Positions 1-13,661 of a stretch of DNA of 64,000 nt are shown here, piece after piece. The translations under genes and the position numbers were made by a program. The notes beneath the pieces are model-generated. The model had not been told where the DNA came from. It searched no databases and worked only from the letters and a program-made list of their open reading frames with translations. How positions within the stretch are numbered: the stretch's first letter is position 1; the number at the start of each line of letters is the position of its first letter. The stretch covers positions 61,183,278-61,247,277 of the forward strand of contig JARDVH010000097.1 of assembly GCA_030324005.1 (NCBI GenBank). Direction: 5' to 3'. Source of the DNA: Negaprion brevirostris (lineage: Eukaryota).

Positions 1-619
1 TTCATCAGCCCACCACCCCCCTACGCCAGAAACATTCAGCCCATGACTATACTTGGAGTCCCCAGTGGGTTCCCATAAACTACTTGCAGTTTTAAAAAGC
101 CTTTTGCAAACCTCCCGGTTTGAATGTTCAGTGAGGGGGACATACTACAAGGAAATCAGATAGTGACATTTAAATGTATTAAGCTTTATTGAAATGAGAT
201 TCATGCTTTTCTGTTACATCACGGGCAAGGGTTGTGTAAAATTGGGAAGCGTAATCGTGCTTGCAAGAATATCGTTTTCTGACTCTCAGGGAATTTCGGG
301 CCCACCATTATTGTTTCTCTGACGGTTAACGTGGGTACAGAATTGCCCCCAGTATGTTCACCTCTCATCTTCACTCACCCCCTACTTCTCCTTCATGCCC
401 AATCTCTTTGGATTTACAAGCTGCAAATGGTGTGAGCATGCATTCATGTAGCTCATTTGAAATGCTCCACCCCGACTCCACGATTCCATTTCTTGTCGGA
501 TGATTCACAAATCCATTCCTTGACTCCAGTACAAACTTCAAACTCCACATCTTATTTATCAACAGTCTATCCACAACATCATTTGCCACAATCCCTACCT
601 CACCTCCATGGACATTGGA

Positions 620-930
620 ATTCTCATCCAAGCCTTGATCACCTCTTTTACCACACACACCCTGTCAGCCTTACAAACACCACCCTACACAAACTTCAAC
701 TTATTCAGAATTCTCTTCTTGCATCATACTTGCTACTCGCCTCTCATTTTTGTAGTTATTGGCCCCCATTAACTCCCCTAACCCAACATACTGATTTGGA
801 AGTCATCACTTTTTACAGATCATTCCTGTTCTCACCTCACCGTTCCTTCTACTCATCTTCCAGGCCTACTTTCCAGTTTGCACCCTCCACTCTTCCTACT
901 TTGCCTTCCAATCATTTAAGCACCCCAGTG
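620..930 (+). mobile_element. Degraded L2-clade LINE ORF2 C-terminal fragment
   Basis: Translates to ...TLHKLQLIQNS..., the L2 'KLQLIQNSAAR' motif, within C/T-rich sequence typical of L2. Confidence 0.5.
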
Positions 931-1309
931 GCATTTCCATGTTATGTCTAGAAACAGACCAGGATTTACTTGAGAATTTACTTGAGATGGAACAAGGTGT
1001 TGAATATGTTGAATCTGAAATCATTATGGTCTGAAATATTCAGCAACTACTTTTCAGGCCATCGTCCAAGAAAGAGAACGAATATCTGACTGGCTGCTTC
1101 TGAGCAACAAAGAGATTGCTTTGTTTAAGATTTAAAACAGAATGCTTTTGCTAGCCATGAGGGACATAAGAGTGAATTTCAGAATTTACTAATCAGCAGC
1201 ACGGAATAAAATTCCAAGGCTGAGATGCCTGAACTGGGCATTACTTTGGTAAATACTCAAATCATACTCCACTAAAATATACAGTCATTTGTATTTTCTA
1301 TAATGCCTT

Positions 1310-1525
1310 TGGATGATCCATTAGCTCATTTGGCTGGATTACTGGTTCAGGATGCAGAGTGATGCCAGGGTGGCTTCAGTTCCCATATCGGCTGAGGTTA
1401 TTAATGAAGGACCCACCTTTTCAACCTTGCCCCTCGGCCTGAGCTGTGGTCATCATCAGGTTAAATCACCACCAGCCAGTTCTTCCCCTCAAAGGAGAGA
1501 GCAACCCACGGTCATCTGGGACTTT
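1310..1525 (+). mobile_element. tRNA-derived SINE (shark-type, family unnamed)
   Basis: A-box-like TAGCTCATTTGG and degenerate B-box (GCTTCAGTTCCC), followed by a body (ggctgaggtt...ttgcccctcggcctgag...caggttaaatcaccaccag...ggtcatctgggact) recalled from chondrichthyan SINEs. Confidence 0.55.
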
Positions 1526-4288
1526 ACCTGTAAATGCCTGCGTATAGAGGAACAAGATGCTTCTCAGTATAGGTGTTCTAGTTTGTTGAATATGTCAGTG
1601 CTGTTTATCACAGTGGCTGATGGCCAGTAGCTGCCAACTATGACTTAAATCGAAGAGACAAAGATAGTTATTTAAAAGAAAACATCTTAAAAAGAATGTG
1701 CTGATTTAATGATCCAATTCTATGTTAACCAGCCCGTCTGATTCCTGGCAGTCTAATGGGTCCCCATTTGGTTCTTTAATGGCCTTATCTTGGATTTTCT
1801 TTAATGGCTTTGTCTTCCACTTGTTCCTTCTGCTACAGTTTTTGGATGTCTCCATTTTCTTTTATAGGCTAAAAAAAACTAAGTTCCCCAGCCTGCAATA
1901 ATCTGCATAAATTTCAGCCAAAAATGGTCAGATGTTCTGTTAAACTGGAAGGTGAATCTTTCCTATCTTGCAAACTTATCTCTTGCCACTTGATGAATAG
2001 AAAGCATCAGAAAACATTAATGAACACAAGATATAATTTTGGCAAGTAAGCAGTATCCACTTTGAATTGAATTCTGCACTACCCACCTTAAAAATATTGG
2101 AAAACCCAACATTTTAAACCCATAAATCAAGAAGGGAAAGTGCCCATCACAGATCAATAGATATTCAGGGCAATCCGGTCCCATCGGTATGTTCCTAGGA
2201 TCTCGTCACGTCCTCTGACAGCAACATATGATCACGTACTATGTGCCCACCACTGCTAAATGTTTTAAAGATAAATCTCAGACTTATATTTGCCCCCTTC
2301 CCATACTAAGTAATGGGCACATCTCTTTCCTTTAGCACTGGGCAGTATGAGATTAGGTACATACCGCTCCCCCATCACCAGCTCAAACTGATAATTAATG
2401 GATAATAAAGACCATAGAAACAAAATAATAAGAAAAACAGACACATCTTTGTTGCCCTAGTTCCAATTGTGGACAGAAGATGTCATGGTGAAATTAAGAA
2501 GAAATTTATGTCAGATCAGAAATGCCACCATATAGGCAGTGACACTTTGCCCTTCAGCATATGGCACTTTTATTCTTAAAAGGACATGAACATCCGAACC
2601 CAAATTCTGACAATTTCTGATTTTTTTTCACCAACGCCTGATGACACTGCCACTAATAGTGATATAATGTCAGAGCAAGAGAGATGTACCTTAAATATGA
2701 AGAATGAGGAATAGAAGACATTACACATTTACAAGATGCCTGTGTACATTAACAAACAAATCTTAAAGCTTGCCTTGTGCTGCATTTAAAGACCACGGCA
2801 ATTTATTTGAAATCACTCCCTTTATTTATTTCCTACTAAAGCACTTCAAAAGTATTAAAGTCCACTGAAACCATATATTAACGCTTAATAAATATTGTGA
2901 CAAATCCATTTCTGAATCAGCTCCATGAAATCTTTTAAGATTTCCTGTTTAGGTTGCTGTTAATTCGATCTAATTCCTAGCAGTGTATAATGGCTATACA
3001 CACTGTGTAATCCTGCATAATTTCATTGTGTGTCATTGTAATCGTATCAGCATATATATCAGCATCTACAAACTGCTCACCATGCCAGCCATGAATCATG
3101 CATCATGTGACTCGCAATCACTAAGAGCCTATCTTCCATCATAGCCATAGCCCTTGCCCTCCCTGCAGTCAGTTGTCTAAGCAAGTATTAATAAAGGTCT
3201 CCCTCTTAAAATTGCACTACTCTAAATGGTCTTTAAGGGACCAGGCAGTAATCTCAAGATCCCTATATTTTAGCTCTAAACTAGGACAGAGGAATTAATA
3301 AAAGTCCTTTCTGTGTAAACTGCTACTTGCTCTAAGGCTATATCCCGATGTCAGGGCATTGAGAGAATTTTAAATGTGCAGGATGGATTGTTTGTGTAAG
3401 GAAAGCGAAACAGGGGGCAAAGGCTAAGAGACTTGAGAAAATTGAAAGACTGCCAGAGATGCTGAGATGCAAATAGCAACAAAACAGGGATAAATGCTGC
3501 TGCTCACATATTCAGGAGTACTGGCAAAAAAAAAGGTTATTAATTTTCACAAGGCTGATCTTACAGCTGGTAGCTCAGCATCAGTTTCTGTGTAATGAAA
3601 ATGGTCTGAGTGGAAGATAAATGGTTCATAAAGTGGACCATTTAGATGCAATCGAGGCTCAATCTGTCCGGTGACTAATCATGTTCCCCCCAGTATAGCT
3701 GAATTCCAGTAACAGACTTTTTCTGCTGCTCCCAATGAATTGTAGTCGGGTCTAAGTTCAAGGCAGGAAGAGAATTATCTTGATTTATTAGCACGCTGTC
3801 TGGCCGTGCCACTCGCACTGCTGCGGCTTTGTGGGCTTCTGCCCTGTTGCTGTCTGTGTGTAATTTTTACTGCTCCCCTGTGACTAGTATACAGCATTAT
3901 TCCAGCTGCTGGAAAAATGGTCTGCTTCTGCACCTGTAATTTTTCTTGCTCGGAGTTGAAGGAATATAATACATCTCTAAAGTGTGTAATAAGTTTCTGA
4001 AAAGGTGTTTTTAAAACAAATTGATTATCATAGTTTATGGGACTGAGCTAAACTATAAACTGATGCCAGTTTAGATCAGCTTGTCCAGTTAAGGAAGTGG
4101 TGTAGCTATTTATGACTTGCATATAAACTTGTAATTGATGTTGCAATTAGCTGCTATAAGTTGTTTCCTCACTTCTTAAATGATTCCAATTTCGAGTGTA
4201 TCTCCTTGTTTAAAAATAGTATTTGGAGGAGGCTATATGGTGATCCCTTTTTACCAGCTTTCAAACTGTGGAGGCTCATTTTTCTTCT

Positions 4289-4564
4289 CATAGAATCCAA
4301 AAACCTCTACAGTGCAGACGAAGCCATTCAACCCATTGAGTCTGCACCAACTTTTTGACAGAGTAACTTACCAAGCCCCCTCCCTGCTCTATCCCCATAC
4401 CCCATGCATTTACTATGGCCAATCCACCTAACCCACACATCTTTGGACTGTGGGAGGAATCTGGAGCACCTGGAGGAAACCCACACAGACACTGGGAGAA
4501 CATGCAAACTTCACACAGATAGCTACCCAAGGCTGGAATTGAACCTGGGTCCCTGGAGCTGTGA
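4289..4564 (-). mobile_element. HE1-like V-SINE (CR1-type tail)
   Basis: Minus strand has B-box GGTTCAATTCC, V-domain (gtttgcatgttctcccagtgtctgtgtgggtttcctcc...cacagtccaaagatgtg) and tail ending ...gattctatg. Matches the copies at 26.5 kb and 36.7 kb. Confidence 0.9.
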
Positions 4565-4963
4565 TATTTTTCATTCAAGCTGTTATATTTTTATCTGTTA
4601 ATTCACCAAATACATGATGCACTGGTATAAACCACTGCTTCCCATTGCAAAAATCATCCTTATGTTGTGTGCCTGTGATGTTATCTTGCCAACAGTAATA
4701 GATAGGTCTCCTACTACACCCTTAAATTAGAGAAAATAAATTAATAGTGGTGATTCATCTACAAAAAGCTTCTCATGCCCCTTTAATTTTAGTTGGCCTA
4801 ATTTGCCCTTTTCTTTACATGGTTTACCACAGGAACTGTACTGCACTATAATGAATGTCTGGTATTGCAGTCTTCAGTTCGTGTTTAGCTTTCTCTACTA
4901 AATCAAAGGCTGCGTTGGGCAGTTTTATTGAACCTTGAATTTACCAGGCATTTGAGATAGATA

Positions 4964-5683
4964 GGGGTGAATTTTCTCAGCCCTTTGGAGACAGGTTTGG
5001 AGGCTGGAAATATTTTTGTAAAGTGCCATGGGACAGCTCTCTGATATTTTCAAACCTGCAGGGTGAGGGGGTTCTGTCTGGAGCAAGCTATGTGCCCAGA
5101 CAACAATCCACCCAGCAGTGCTGGGAAGCCAAGTAAGGCCATTATAGAATCAATTAACCAGAATTTTCATAAGGCAGTGGTAATCCTCTCGAGGCACATG
5201 GCACCCATCTCCCCCAACCACCTCCTGCTGCAGCTTATCTCCTCACAGGAAGTGAGAGCACAGTGGAAGATCAGAGTGTCATGTAATGAATATACTGTTA
5301 TCTTTAAAAGAACATTGATTCAGCACATCCACAATGAAACACTTTCAAGTGGAAATGTTTACCTTCCAAAGCGATCCACCTGAAAATTCTGGGCATTAGG
5401 ATTTATTTGATGGTCCTGGCATTAGTAGTCCTCCTTCATATCACAGCATCTTCTCCATCTCTATTCAATTAAGAGATACATCCCATTTTTAGTAGAGATG
5501 CCATCCTCCCTTTTCTTCAATGGCTCTGATTGACTCTCCCATGTTTGGTGTCTGCCCACCATCCCTAATTAGACAGCAGACATGCGTCTCAATTGGCCAC
5601 TTCCTATAAGATTGGGTACACGATGGTGGTGAGGACCCAGAAATGGGCGCAAAGAATTCTTAAGTCAAAAAAAATTCTGTCCA
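4964..5683. mobile_element. Degraded non-autonomous DNA element (MITE-like)
   Basis: Starts ggggtgaattttc and ends aaaattctgtcc (imperfect TIRs of the GGG..AATTTT type); interior is GC-richer than the flanks. Confidence 0.35.
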
Positions 5684-6549
5684 TTTTTCCCCAACAACTT
5701 CACCACAATAAACAAACTCACCATTGGAAAGACACGCAGAAACTTTGCACCATGATTCTTGATTCTGTCCCCTAAAAGTTCAGGATGGTATGCGGTCTCA
5801 GGTCCTGTCTGAACCTGAGCTGACTCCATATCTAACTGGTCACCAAAAAGGTTTATTTCCACATGTGAAGCATTGCTTATCTCATTCCATATCTTAGCAA
5901 CATCCACCTTCCCCTTCCCTCCACTGCTACCACCCCCAACATTAAAGTGCTTTGTGTTTATTGTTTTCCTGTTCAATTTTAGGTGGGCCAGTTTAAATAT
6001 GGATTTAAAATGCAATTCTGGAAGCTTCGTTCTGAAAAGAATTCAATTGCCTTGGTGCTTGGATAAATAAATATACAAGTAATGTCTGGAGATAAGTAAT
6101 TGCTTGAAGCATGGTGGTCCATAAAGATTGCCTGGAATCAGAATTTAATCAGATTTGTTTTGTTGACTCTTACGACAAGTTATTGAAATGACAATGTGTA
6201 TTAGCTTGTTGCTATGGTGGAGATTGAACTCATTTGTCCCTGATTGATACAGTCATTAGGGGAACATTGTCCCAGATGGAAATTCTGATAGACCTTTGTT
6301 TCACACCTGGCCATATAAATGACTCACCAGCACTGGCCTCCTGAGCACTCCCTGTCAATCTGAGTATTAGCAGCAATTACTGTTCAGATTGAATCCAGGA
6401 CATCTTCAACAGAACATGTTGACGGGTTCGGTGTCAAAGTCCTTTTGGGATTACCGTTGGCTTTCCTTGTGCCTTGGCTCCCCAGTCTAGTCTTGACCTG
6501 TATATTGCAACAGGGCGATGGAGTCCATGGAGTAAAGAAACACTCACGT

Positions 6550-7206
6550 TGGGCTGAATTTAATGGCGGAAGCAATGAGCCTTAATTGAAGGCCAGGAAT
6601 CCAAGACAACCTCGCTGTGGGCATTTCCAGGAACTTTGACACAATTCAGTGGCTGTAATGCAATTAAGTGCTTGATGTCGGAACTTCTGTCCAAGTCAGG
6701 GTAAATGTCCCGGCTCCAAGTGCTGCTGGCCAATCAAATAGCTAGTAGATCTTCAGCCCCAGCAGCATCACTGGGAATGGGGCCACAGATGGCCTTGATC
6801 AGAATTATGGGAGATGCTCAGAATCCAGGAGGTCACACATCGGGGTCAGTCAGACAAGCATCAGCAAGTGGTGAGAGAGAGATTGGGGATCATTATTAAT
6901 AGCAGAGTGGTCTTTAAGAGGAAGCACCTCTTACCACCAGGGGAAGCCCTTCAAGAGCCACAGGGTGATGAATTCAGGGCCAATGCCGCAAGGAGGCCAC
7001 CAGCTTTTATTGGGTAGCCTCACCACATGGCATAGGACCAGTGGCAGCAGGACGTGACTCTTATGTGGTCATCCTTCACCTTCTGCAACCCGGCTGAATT
7101 GCAGGCAGTTTGGAAAGCAACAAAGGTTGCATCCCTTGTCTTCCCTCCCGAATTCCTGGCCTCTCTACCTCCTCCCCACTCCTGGGAACCAGAAAAAATT
7201 CCACAC
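6550..7206. mobile_element. Non-autonomous DNA element (MITE-like)
   Basis: Starts gggctgaattt and ends aaaattccacac. Internal motifs (ccaatc...cagcagc...gggaatggggcc) resemble 34880-35198. Confidence 0.45.
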
Positions 7207-7250
7207 AATAATTATGAACGGTAAACATAGTGAAAGATTTTGGAAAAAAT

Positions 7251-7725
7251 AAGAACATTAGAAATAGGAAAAGGATGAATGCCTTTTAATCTGCTCCATC
7301 ACTCAGTATGATCTGAGTATGACTGATTTTGTACTTCAAATCCATTTCCCCCCCGTCCTACCCTTGTATCACTTGATCCTCTTGATGCTCGAAAGTGTAT
7401 CAGTCTCTATATTGAATATAATTACCAAGCAGTAAGTCTCTGAGATAGAGATTTCCAAAGATTCACAAAACTCTAAAAGAGCACATTTCTCCTCATCTCC
7501 ATCCTGAAGAGCAGATTCCTTATCCTGAGACTATGACACTGAGCTGTAGACTCTTTAGCCAAGAAAATAGCTTCTTGGCATCATTCCTGTCGGGTGTTTT
7601 GATGAGATCACATCTCTTTCTTCTAAATTCCAGAGGAAGAAGGTCCATTCTAATCAATCTCTCCCTGCAGGATAACCCTTCAATCTCAGGGTCAATCTAG
7701 TGAACATTCATTTCACTCCCTCTAA
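7251..7725 (-). mobile_element. CR1 (HER1-like) LINE 3' end, degraded
   Basis: aagaacattagaaatagga tail, then gagatttccaaagattcaca...tttctcctcatctccatcctgaa, the reverse complement of the CR1 ORF2 C-terminus and 3'UTR. Confidence 0.8.
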
Positions 7726-7811
7726 GGAATGTCTTTCTGTTCTTGCTATGGAGACCATGTAAAGCACTTAGGGGAAAAAAAACACTAAATTTGTTAAGAA
7801 GCAGAACTGTT

Positions 7812-7985
7812 GCACATGTAGGCCAGGCCAGGCAAGGATGGCAGATTTCCTTCCCTAAAAGGCATTCGTGAATCAGATGGGTTTTTACAATAATCCTCAA
7901 CAACTGATTTCAAATTTCACCAGCTGCTGTGAACACTGAGTCTCTGGATTGCTAGTCCAGTGATAATACCACTGAACCCATTGCC
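7812..7985 (-). mobile_element. Fragment of tRNA-headed bipartite SINE/LINE 5' region (family of 61101-61500)
   Basis: cacatgtaggccaggccaggcaaggatggcagatttccttccctaaaaggcattcgtgaa matches 11470-11520 and 59925-59980. Confidence 0.75.
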
Positions 7986-8645
7986 TTCCCTTTCCAATAG
8001 TACAATATCCAGCTCACAATAGATGTAATCAGCATTAAGTAATCTTTCTCCTTAAATTCTACCTCTTGCCTGTTGGTGACGAGAAAGCAGTACTGAAGGC
8101 AAAAAGGTCTGTAGCTTGAACTATCCAGATCTCCTGGGTGAAGTCAAAGCATTGGCTGTACAGCATTTTCTACAGCCCTGAAGTTTCAAGGATATGTTGA
8201 AATGAAATGCAGACTGTATAAATACTGTCATTGAAAGCAATGCCAATATTTAAACTCTCTATAATTTACAGCATTGGAGATGAGAGAGTTGCAGTACAGA
8301 TCCTTTTGTTTTGAAGATGTTGTTTGTGAATATTGAAGGGGAAGAAAACTTTGATGTTCCTTAGACACCTGAAGAGACCCATAGCTAAATTGTGTTATTG
8401 AGGTGCAACTTATTTTCAGATATGTTGGGATAACAGAGATCTTCTGAGAAGAGGTCATTGATCTCAAACGTTGGGTGTGATCTTATCGGTTCACCATGGT
8501 GGTCAATTAGCATGGTGAACTGGGAAGATAGCATGAGAGGCCAAAAATCCCCTCTTTTTACTGGCAAGAACAGATCCTATTTACATCAAACTGATTATAT
8601 TTCAATATACTTACCAGGTTTGGTATGGATGCTTCCCCCGTCCCG

Positions 8646-10348
8646 NNNNNNNNNNNNNNNNNNNNNNNNNNNNNNNNNNNNNNNNNNNNNNNNNNNNNNN
8701 NNNNNNNNNNNNNNNNNNNNNNNNNNNNNNNNNNNNNNNNNNNNNNNNNNNNNNNNNNNNNNNNNNNNNNNNNNNNNNNNNNNNNNNNNNNNNNNNNNNN
8801 NNNNNNNNNNNNNNNNNNNNNNNNNNNNNNNNNNNNNNNNNNNNNNNNNNNNNNNNNNNNNNNNNNNNNNNNNNNNNNNNNNNNNNNNNNNNNNNNNNNN
8901 NNNNNNNNNNNNNNNNNNNNNNNNNNNNNNNNNNNNNNNNNNNNNNNNNNNNNNNNNNNNNNNNNNNNNNNNNNNNNNNNNNNNNNNNNNNNNNNNNNNN
9001 NNNNNNNNNNNNNNNNNNNNNNNNNNNNNNNNNNNNNNNNNNNNNNNNNNNNNNNNNNNNNNNGAGGGTTTGAGCTGGAGGGGGCGGGCAGGCTGGGCTG
9101 CAGAAGGGGTCATATCAGGAGAAGAAGGGCATGTTGGACCTGCTAGGGACTCATCAGGTGGGTCCTGATACCCGATGCTACTGACCTGTGGTGGCATGGA
9201 GGATGTGACATATCACCGATGATGGGGAGAGGTGGCATCCAATACTCATTGAGGTGGATGGGAGGAGTTCTCCCCATTTAATAAAGGATCATAGCACTTG
9301 GCGCAATGGTGCCAGAGTGTTCTGAAGCCAGCCCCTGGTGCTGCCTGACCAACTGAGTATTTCCAGCATATTTTGTTTATATTGAAATTTCCAGCATCAC
9401 AGTTTTTCCTGAAAACACCAATGGCTTGTAGAAAATGGAATAATATTGTTGGCTCTGACTTCTGCTTCATCTTACATTGGATATTATTTGGCACCTTTTC
9501 TCCATTCAAATTCCTACATTACCCGTTCTTCTTGAATGCTCTGACTATGATGCCAGGAACTTTCCACTATCTTGCTCCATTGACCTCTTTACATTGGCCT
9601 TGGTAGCGGCTGGCAGAAGACTATTGAATTGTTTGGCGGGAAGGAGGCATGGGGCTGCAGGGTGTTTTGGCTGGTGGAGGGGATATGAATGGTAAAATAT
9701 NNNNNNNNNNNNNNNNNNNNNNNNNNNNNNNNNNNNNNNNNNNNNNNNNNNNNNNNNNNNNNNNNNNNNNNNNNNNNNNNNNNNNNNNNNNNNNNNNNNN
9801 NNNNNNNNNNNNNNNNNNNNNNNNNNNNNNNNNNNNNNNNNNNNNNNNNNNNNNNNNNNNNNNNNNNNNNNNNNNNNNNNNNNNNNNNNNNNNNNNNNNN
9901 NNNNNNNNNNNNNNNNNNNNNNNNNNNNNNNNNNNNNNNNNNNNNNNNNNNNNNNNNNNNNNNNNNNNNNNNNNNNNNNNNNNNNNNNNNNNNNNNNNNN
10001 NNNNNNNNNNNNNNNNNNNNNNNNNNNNNNNNNNNNNNNNNNNNNNNNNNNNNNNNNNNNNNNNNNNNNNNNNNNNNNNNNNNNNNNNNNNNNNNNNNNN
10101 NNNNNNNNNNNNNNNNNNNNNNNNNNNNNNNNNNNNNNNNNNNNNNNNNNNNNNNNNNNNNNNNNNNNNNNNNNNNNNNNNNNNNNNNNNNNNNNNNNNN
10201 NNNNNNNNNNNNNNNNNNNNNNNNNNNNNNNNNNNNNNNNNNNNNNNNNNNNNNNNNNNNNNNNNNNNNNNNNNNNNNNNNNNNNNNNNNNNNNNNNNNN
10301 NNNNNNNNNNNNNNNNNNNNNNNNNNNNNNNNNNNNNNNNNNNNNNNN
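8646..10348. other. Assembly gaps (8646-9063, 9701-10348)
   Basis: Runs of N. Further gaps at 11590, 12723, 12982, 17633, 23250, 27751, 32904, 34741, 38635, 41897, 48271, 50621, 53401 and 61849, many adjacent to repeats. Confidence 1.
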
Positions 10349-11344
10349 ATGCTGCTGCTGGGCCCAGTTCATTGAATTTGCAGACCAAATAATATCGAGG
10401 AAATCTCACTCGCGGAGAAATTAGGTCTAAATAATTGTTAAATTTTGTTTCCTCGGGAACCTTTTGACCTTTGTAATAGAAAGTAAAAACACATTTCAGT
10501 TATTAAAGCCACATAAATCCCCAGAAGTATGGGAAGCTTTTAATTTGAGCTGAAGCTCTTCCGGGCTATTTGATAGTGCTAGGACAAATATTCTCCTGTA
10601 TTGCAGCTCAGAGTTTTGGGCCCTCCTCTCTGGGGAATGGAGGGAAAGATGATAAATAAGCAGTTTCCTGTACCCAAGATAGAGAAAAATATGCAGGCTT
10701 ATAAACGCTTTCTTGAGTGCCAGTAATAACTAAAGTGAAGAATGCCGATATGTTGAATAATTTCCCCACTGCAATATTATAAACGCAGTTCTTTTATAAA
10801 CACTCAGGGCTATTAAACCTAGAAAATATAATTACCTTGGGCAGTTGCAGATGGGACAAGTCCAGTTGCATTAGTTCTTATTATTTAATATGGGATACAA
10901 TTTACTTTGAAATAGAAAAACAATACTAGATAAAGTGGTGATTGTGCTTTTATGCGTAAACTGAGGTTTTTTTTTATCCACAATGAGTAATGAGAACTGC
11001 CACATCTAAAGCCAACAGAATGCAGTTTGCTACGTTTCAAATACATATTTTTTTCTCTTTTTGATTTTCCAAGACTGCAATTCATTTACCAGCATGATAC
11101 GTGATCATTTTAAATCTGATCAATAACTCAAAGAGAGTTAAAGGGGAAGGGAAGCATTGGGAACAAACAGTTTCTTTAAGTGGCCATTTTATGTTTGCCT
11201 CAATACCTTTAATTTTAAAATTTGCCTGATAATGATTGTTTATGTCAGCAAAGATTATCTATAAACTACCATGCATTTGGCAACATCAATTACGCGTAAA
11301 GGTTTCTTGCAGTATGATAACAAAGCACAGACTATCTCTGCCAT

Positions 11345-11650
11345 TTTTTAAAAATTCATTCATGGGATATGGGCGTCACTGGTTGGCCAGCATATATTAC
11401 CCATCCCTAGTTGCCCTTGAACTGAGTGGTTGCAAGGCCATTTCAGAGGATATTTGCGATGGCTGTGGAGCCACATGTAGGTCAAACCAGGTAAAGATGA
11501 CAGATTTTCTTTCCTAAACGAAAGACGGTTTTTTCTGACAATTGACAATTGTTTCATGGTCATCAGTAGATTCTTAATCCAGATCATTTNNNNNNNNNNT
11601 TTATTGAATTCAAATTCCACTGTCTGTCATGGCGGGATTTGAACCTGGAT
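11345..11650 (-). mobile_element. tRNA-headed bipartite SINE
   Basis: Minus strand has B-box GGTTCAAATCC, body and LINE-like tail (agggcaactagggatgggtaatatatgctggccaaccagtgacgcccatatcccatgaatgaa). Confidence 0.85.
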
Positions 11651-12144
11651 AGGCCTTCTCTTCCCCATTACTTCAACAGTTCATCATCAGCATGAGTGCT
11701 GCACATTGCCAGAAAGCTTCAAATTTATGTCTCCCTCATAGATGTCACCGTGATGCGGTTATGATTTAAATATGCAGAACACATCCATTGGAAACTTTAC
11801 TGAAACTCCAAATTTTATTCCATTTAAAGAAAAAATGTACTACAAAAATAGAGAACACAGCGACAATAGAGAGTCCAACCTTCCTCGAGGAATTTGCAGT
11901 CTCCATCTTGTACAAGCCTGCTACTACCAAGTTCCAGTATGCTGTGAGCACTCTGTGTATTGTCTCTCTACTCAATGCGTCACTTCAACTGTATACCATG
12001 CCCTTAATCATTAAAAACCCAGCTCCGCTTATACTTTACCATCACTGTGGTGTGAATGTTATTGGGACCGTATCGGTCCAAGCCTTTGAATGTTGTCTAT
12101 GTCTTGCTACATGTGGGCAGAGATTACTTCAGTACCTGAGGATC

Positions 12145-12237
12145 CAGCAAGCCACTCAGTTCAAGGGCAACTAGGGATGGGTAATAAATGCTGGTCAGCT
12201 AGCAATGCCCATGTCCCACGAAAAAATAAAACAAAAT
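12145..12237 (+). mobile_element. 3' tail of the same SINE/LINE family
   Basis: agcaagccactcagttcaagggcaactagggatgggtaataaatgctgg...cccatgtcccacgaaaaaataaaa. Confidence 0.8.
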
Positions 12238-12364
12238 GGCAGAGATGGTCAGTGCTTACCACCACTGTTCCACAGCATGCAACCTCTATCCATCTCACCA
12301 CCACTCTGCACTGACCACTACTGGCCTCCACTTTCTGATAGCTGACTTCAATGTGAGAGGTTGC

Positions 12365-12700
12365 ACAGCTCCTCAGATACTGAAGCAATCTCTACCTAAA
12401 TGCAGCAAGACGTAGACAACATTTGGCCTTGGGCAGATGTGGACCAAGTAACATTCACAATACACAAGTGCCAGCCAGTGACTACCTCCAATAAAACAGA
12501 GTCTAACCATCTCCCCACAACATTCAAAGGCATCTCCCTCTCTGAAACCTCCCTCCATCAATTTCCCATCATCAATATCCTGTGCATGATGCATCCTGGC
12601 TCAGAAAGGTGGCTCACCATCACCTTCTTGAGGGCAATTAGGGAAGGCAACAAATGTTGGCGCTTTGTGCAAAGTTCAATCCCACAAACAAATAAAAATC
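12365..12700 (+). mobile_element. CR1/L2-group LINE, post-RT fragment plus 3' tail (internally deleted)
   Basis: ORF MQQDVDNIWPWADVDQVTFTIHKCQ matches the LINE 'LQ.DLD.I..WA..WQ..F...KC' motif. Ends in the shared tail gagggcaattagggaaggcaacaaatg. Confidence 0.8.
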
Positions 12701-13535
12701 AAAACCATTTTTCATTTTTCGGNNNNNNNNNNNNNNNNNNNNNNNNNNNCCCAAAAGATGTCACTGAATATTGATATTAATAAACAACAAAACCCAGAAA
12801 AACATAGGAATTTCAAAAATTGAGAAATTACTTGCTGCGCAACAGATTATTTAATCTAGTCAGCCCAGGTTTAGAAAGATTGTTTAGAGTCTGCTTTTGC
12901 AGCAGAGCTTGTGTGGGTATAGTGTATCTCATTCAACTGCCTAGTTCCCATTACCTTTCTCGAATAAAAGATTAAGAACGCNNNNNNNNNNNNNNNNNNN
13001 NNNNNNNNNNNNNNNNNNNNNNNNNNNNNNNNNNNNNNNNNNNNNNNNNNNNNNNNNNNNNNNNNNNNNNNNNNNNNNNNNTAATTTTCTGACTAAACTC
13101 ATAAAACCTCATCAGAAATGAAACCGGCATTATTTTTTAAGTCTGAAGTAACAACTGGAATTAATTCCTTAAATGTAATTAATTAGTGAGTTTTGTTGAA
13201 CAATATGAGATAGTGTTTCTTAGTTTCCTCAGCGGAGGAGGAAATGACATCAGAGATTGCCATGAGAACTTCTCCATGTTTCTGTGCATTCAACCAGTGA
13301 CACAAATAAAGTTCAAATATCTGCTCTGTCTTTTCACTTTTGCTTTTGGAAGAATGTTCCAGAAGTAACAGAAATAGTACAACTGGCAAGAAACGGCTCA
13401 TTTATCACATGGAATCTTTAAAAATACACTGCAAATGTTTAAGATTTATGATTAGACTGGTGTGTCACACGGCATACGTGAAGTATTTTAAAAATTCTGA
13501 AGTTGGAGCACCACAGATAGGCAAGAGAAGACACT

Positions 13536-13661
13536 GCATGGAATTTTCCTGGCCCACCCACCATGGGAAACATAGCGGGTGGGGGCAGACTGTGCAAAGG
13601 TCTGCTGACCTTGGGTGAGATTTTCTGGTTTTGTGGCGAGTCCAACCATAAAATCTCACCC
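13536..13661. mobile_element. ~125-bp mini-MITE, copy 1
   Basis: ggaattttcc-cccacccaccatggga...tgaccttgggtgagattttc...aaaatctcaccc; homologous to 14993-15121 and 37215-37340. Confidence 0.7.

Noticed and set aside
9064-9260. Possible Harbinger Myb-protein C-terminal relic (P/S/A-rich peptide)
   Set aside because: Low-complexity similarity only and truncated by a gap; cannot be supported.
8458-10409. Long ORFs of 170-275 aa
   Set aside because: They are open only because they run through N gaps; the same applies to ORFs at 41.8, 48.2, 50.6, 53.3 and 61.7 kb.
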